Assembly (NCBI GenBank): GCA_965215195.1
Contig: CBDCDC010000002.1
Coordinates: 1,504,001 to 1,568,000 of the forward strand
Direction: 5' to 3'
From: Candidatus Latescibacterota bacterium
GTDB taxonomy: Bacteria; Latescibacterota; UBA2968; UBA8231
DNA length: 64,000 nucleotides
A program made the translations under genes and the position numbers. Shown here one piece after another: positions 60,433-64,000 of this stretch. The number at the start of each line of letters is the position of its first letter. Positions within the stretch are counted from its first letter, which is position 1. A model generated the notes under the pieces. It worked only from the letters and a program-made list of their open reading frames with translations, was not told the DNA's origin and made no database searches.

Positions 60433-62376
60433 ATGCGGCTCTCAATCCTCCTATCGACACTGATCCCAACCCTCGCTTGGGGACTCACCATATATCGCAT
60501 CGGCGGCACTCCAGATTACGCCCACCCGCTGGCGGACAGTACAGGAGTCGAGATCGTCGAGCTGACTTGGGAGGAGTTCGCCCAAGACCCCAAGCTGGAG
60601 GCACGGGGAGTGCGCACCAGTGAGGCGGGGAGTCTCGTGCCTGTATTCGTCAGTCCAGACGAGAATCTGTCCTTGGGCGCTATCGAGCGGGGCGAGGGCA
60701 AAAAATTCTATCCCGAACAGCGATTTGGGTCGTCCGATGGCGCTGGTCCCCGGGGCCACAAGTACGGCACCATTGCCAAAAACGATTTCACCGACTGGAC
60801 CGTGGACGGCGATCCAACCACCTACATGTGGCCGTCTGATCTGCTCACCGACCGACTGAACCCCAAGCTCGTCCTGTTCTTGGGCGCTACTTTTCCAGTG
60901 AATCGGGTCGTGGTCTATCCCCGTCGGGATCACCCCGAGCGCTACGTCGAGGACTATACCCTGTACGCGTGGCGCGAGGGCCAAGTCATGGGGCTGCACC
61001 GCAATTCGGGCGACGGACAAATAGTGGCGCGGGGCCGCGAAAATCGGGATCCAGTCATTGACATGCGGTTTCCCACCGCGGTCGTCGATCGGCTCATGTT
61101 CAATATCGACAACTTCGACGAGCCGTACATGGCGAACCGAATGTGGGAAATAGCCGAGTTCGAAATATACGGCGAGGGGTACGTGCCCAAAGGGTTGTAC
61201 ACTTCCAAGGCCCTTGAACTGGACGCCGCGTCCAGTCTGGGCGAAATCCGCTTTTGCGGCTTCAAGGACCGCGACGCCAAATTGCGGATTCGCACCCGCA
61301 GCGGCAGCGACGAAGACCCCGAGCGCTACTGGCGTCTCACCGGTCGCGGCGACGAAAGAAGTTTTCTCAAGGACAACGGTCAGCCCCTGACGCGCTCGGA
61401 TTACAACAACCTGCAGGGCGGCAAGGGCGGGATTACCACGGACTTAGACAACTGGAGCTTCTGGTCGGGGCCCTACGACTTGGCCGACAGTCTGGGGACC
61501 CCAATCACCTCCCCGAGTCCGCGGCAGTTTTTCCAGCTCCAGCTCGAGTTCTTGCCCGAGGGTTTGGACGGAGCCGGCGTGGATTTTATCGAGTTTCACA
61601 TCACGCAACCGCCGGTGGCCGGGCGCGTGATCGGAGAAATTTGGCCCACCGAAGTGGCCCCGGGCCAAGAGACTCCCTTCGTCTATGCCATGCTGCCGAC
61701 CTTTTTCGGGGGCGAGGGCGGGTTTGACCAGATCGTGCTGGAGACGACCGGGCAGTTTACCGGCGTGGATTCAGTTCGCATCAACGAGGAGCGGCTCCAA
61801 GATCGAGAATGGGAATTACTCGCACCGCTCCAAGACCAGCGGCTCGTGCTGTCCCTGCCGCGGATAGACCGCACCAAGAGCGGCAGACTGGTGGAGGTCT
61901 TCTTTCAGGGACGGGCATTCCGCTTTGGCACCGTATTCTCCGGGCAGGTTTTCGACGGCCAACGGCCTCTCGAAGTAGGGCAGTTCGTGGAGGACGGAGA
62001 TGCGACCTTCCGACTCGACAGCAACCAACGCTCCGTGGGCATCGCCCTGAACGGCCATATCGTCAGCAAGGTGGCGGCGAATCCGCGGGTGGTGACGCCC
62101 AACGACGACGGGGTCAACGACGAGGTGCGCATCGAGTACACCTTGCTGGAACTAGCCGGCGTCGGACAGGTGAAAGTGAGTATATTCGATCTGGCCGGCC
62201 ACCAAGTGCGCCAAGTGTACGCGGGAGAGGACAGCAGCGGCCAACACGCGCAACTGTGGGACGGTCTGGGCGCAGGCGAGCAGGTAGTGGCGCCGGGGGT
62301 CTATCTGTATCGGGTGCAAGTGGATACGGATGCCGGACGGGAAGAGCGCAATGGTCTGGTTGCGGTAGTTTTTTAG
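60433..62376 (+). CDS. Secreted protein with a C-terminal FlgD-Ig domain, paralogue 2
   Basis: Same architecture as 57208-59199 ('LTIYRIGG', 'RTRSGSD.DP.RYWR', 'TPNDDGVND'). Confidence 0.82.
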   Translation: MRLSILLSTLIPTLAWGLTIYRIGGTPDYAHPLADSTGVEIVELTWEEFAQDPKLEARGVRTSEAGSLVPVFVSPDENLSLGAIERGEGKKFYPEQRFGSSDGAGPRGHKYGTIAKNDFTDWTVDGDPTTYMWPSDLLTDRLNPKLVLFLGATFPVNRVVVYPRRDHPERYVEDYTLYAWREGQVMGLHRNSGDGQIVARGRENRDPVIDMRFPTAVVDRLMFNIDNFDEPYMANRMWEIAEFEIYGEGYVPKGLYTSKALELDAASSLGEIRFCGFKDRDAKLRIRTRSGSDEDPERYWRLTGRGDERSFLKDNGQPLTRSDYNNLQGGKGGITTDLDNWSFWSGPYDLADSLGTPITSPSPRQFFQLQLEFLPEGLDGAGVDFIEFHITQPPVAGRVIGEIWPTEVAPGQETPFVYAMLPTFFGGEGGFDQIVLETTGQFTGVDSVRINEERLQDREWELLAPLQDQRLVLSLPRIDRTKSGRLVEVFFQGRAFRFGTVFSGQVFDGQRPLEVGQFVEDGDATFRLDSNQRSVGIALNGHIVSKVAANPRVVTPNDDGVNDEVRIEYTLLELAGVGQVKVSIFDLAGHQVRQVYAGEDSSGQHAQLWDGLGAGEQVVAPGVYLYRVQVDTDAGREERNGLVAVVF

Positions 62377-62397
62377 GGGCCTCTACCGCTGGTCTTC

Positions 62398-62522
62398 GTA
62401 CACGACCCCTAAAGTAGGCGACACTTACTTTGAGTACGCCTTTTCTGCGGTTTCCGCTGGGTCCAGGATCGAGGGCGTCTCGCCCTCGATCCTTGGCAGG
62501 CTGAGGGCTGGTGTCGGGTAGT
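62398..62522. mobile_element. MITE-like element family A, divergent copy 3
   Basis: GTACACGAC...GGTGTCGGGTAGT ends and an internal GATCGAGGGCG...CGCCCTCGATC hairpin. Confidence 0.65.
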
Positions 62523-62637
62523 AAGACCTCTGGTACACTTTTGCTTTGTTGCCCAGCTCTGCTACCGGCTATCCACTCCCTCTGCTGTCTGACCGGCCAC
62601 GTAACGCTATGCAGATTTCTTCTGAGGGAGGGTACAA

Positions 62638-63501
62638 ATGGACAATTTTCATCTCAGATGGTGGGGCTGCGGTGCGTTCGACGTCCTCCTCGACGACGTC
62701 AACATCGCCTTCGATCCCTATCTATTCGGCGAAAATCTCGCCAAGGCCGAAGCCGTTTACGACTATATCTTCATAAGTCACGAGCACTTCGACCACTGCC
62801 ATCCCCAAACCCTGCGCAAGCTCTGCCAAGGCGATCGCTTTAAGAAGCTCTTCGTTCCCATTGGCTGCTTGACCCCCAACGAGCCCATTGACGAGCAGTA
62901 CGGCGATGCGGCCTTCGCCCGGGATCTGCCCATCACCAAGCACATCCCGGCGGACCTAGTACAAGTGGCCTATCCCCATCCCAAGTACATGGCCGACGAC
63001 AAGCGCAGCTTTCCCGGTCCCTTTGAATTCGACTTGGGGCCGATCCACGTGGAGGTGATCGAAAGCGGAGAAAGCGCCCGACCCGACCTCCCGACCTGCG
63101 GTTATTTAGTCGCGCACGCAGAAAAGGATCTCTCCTTCTACCACACCGGCGATTTGGGCGCTGTATTCCCGGCGCTAAAAAAACTAAAGGGACGGGTGGA
63201 CTACCTCATCCACATGAAGACGCCCCTCGGCGAGCTGGTCGATTACGTCGAACCTCAATTCGTCGTTCCCACGCACTACCGCACCGACCGCGAGACCGAG
63301 CCCATTCCCGCCGGCCACTGGCCGCCCAATCTGACGGATGTCAACGCCTTTCTCGAAGACTTGCGAGAGCAAGTCGAAGGCCGGGCCCAGCTCCTTCCCT
63401 TCACCGCCCCCATTCTATACGAAGTAGAAATGCCGCAAAAAAAGGTGAAGTGGGAGTGGGAATGGTTCAATTCTTGGACCGTTCCCCTGTGGAGGGACTG
63501 A
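62638..63501 (+). CDS. MBL-fold metallo-hydrolase (UlaG-like)
   Basis: 'ISHEHFDH', 'YHTGD', 'VPTHY'. Confidence 0.85.
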   Translation: MDNFHLRWWGCGAFDVLLDDVNIAFDPYLFGENLAKAEAVYDYIFISHEHFDHCHPQTLRKLCQGDRFKKLFVPIGCLTPNEPIDEQYGDAAFARDLPITKHIPADLVQVAYPHPKYMADDKRSFPGPFEFDLGPIHVEVIESGESARPDLPTCGYLVAHAEKDLSFYHTGDLGAVFPALKKLKGRVDYLIHMKTPLGELVDYVEPQFVVPTHYRTDRETEPIPAGHWPPNLTDVNAFLEDLREQVEGRAQLLPFTAPILYEVEMPQKKVKWEWEWFNSWTVPLWRD

Positions 63502-64000
63502 ATGAAAATTTGCTGCTTTTTGGCGGTCGCGCTTTCGTGGTCCGCTGCCCTCGCACAGACCATCACCGTTGGCCAAGGTCCGCGGCAGTGGCAGGACGGA
63601 GGCGGAGGGATCAACCCGCAGTTCCCAGTATCGACCACCGAACTCGCCACCGGCAACACCCCGGGCGGCGTCATTGATTTCGATTCCGAACCTGGGTGGA
63701 TCTTCCTGCAGCAGATTGATCCCGGCAGGAATCTGGCCCTCGGTGCGGAGGACAGAGGTGGGGGCATGAGCTCGCCCCTGCCCTCGATCTCCGATCTAGC
63801 GCTAGAGTCCATGATAGACGGCAAGTCGGAAACCGCTTTTCGCCGCAAGGCTACGACGGCCGGAGCGTTAGTCATCGCCCGCGGCATCATTATGGATTTG
63901 GACCTGGGGGCGCGCTTTGGCGTCAACCGGATCCGGTTCTTTCCGCGCAACACCGTGCGCGAGGCCCCGGACTTCAAGTTTGAAAACGACTTCATGCGGG
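63502..64000 (+). CDS. Secreted protein related to the FlgD-Ig paralogues (truncated by window end)
   Basis: Signal peptide MKICCFLAVALSWSAALA; 'DLDLGARFGVNRIRFFPR' matches 'DLGWHFPINRIRFYP' in paralogue 1. Confidence 0.7.
   Translation, partial: MKICCFLAVALSWSAALAQTITVGQGPRQWQDGGGGINPQFPVSTTELATGNTPGGVIDFDSEPGWIFLQQIDPGRNLALGAEDRGGGMSSPLPSISDLALESMIDGKSETAFRRKATTAGALVIARGIIMDLDLGARFGVNRIRFFPRNTVREAPDFKFENDFMR

Overview
GC-rich bacterial chromosomal window. The gene content suggests a Latescibacterota/Poribacteria-like lineage, possibly a sponge symbiont; this is inferred from abundant TPR, HEAT, FG-GAP/ASPIC, internalin-type LRR, PhyH and FlgD-Ig proteins and a C-terminal 'TTWGRIK' motif. 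The first ~6 kb is a defence/toxin-antitoxin island. It holds the 3' end of a Type ISP restriction-modification gene and a convergent three-gene operon: higB toxin -> HigA(HTH)-TIR-APAZ fusion -> short catalytically inactive Argonaute. This is a SPARTA system whose TIR-APAZ effector is fused in frame to a HigA antitoxin and led by the cognate HigB toxin, and it is the standout finding. The cassette is bracketed by a degenerate direct copy of the Type ISP 3' end and is followed by several decayed TA modules. The rest of the window carries housekeeping genes (thrB, pyrF, split transketolase, rnpB, tRNA-Pro), sugar/acid catabolism with an ABC transporter, a TonB-dependent receptor and repeat-protein clusters. 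It also has an inverted ~2 kb duplication of an LRR lipoprotein gene with variable repeats and a variable homopolymer upstream, an IS remnant, and at least three families of small palindromic or MITE-like repeats. All assignments come from reading the sequence; no searches were run.
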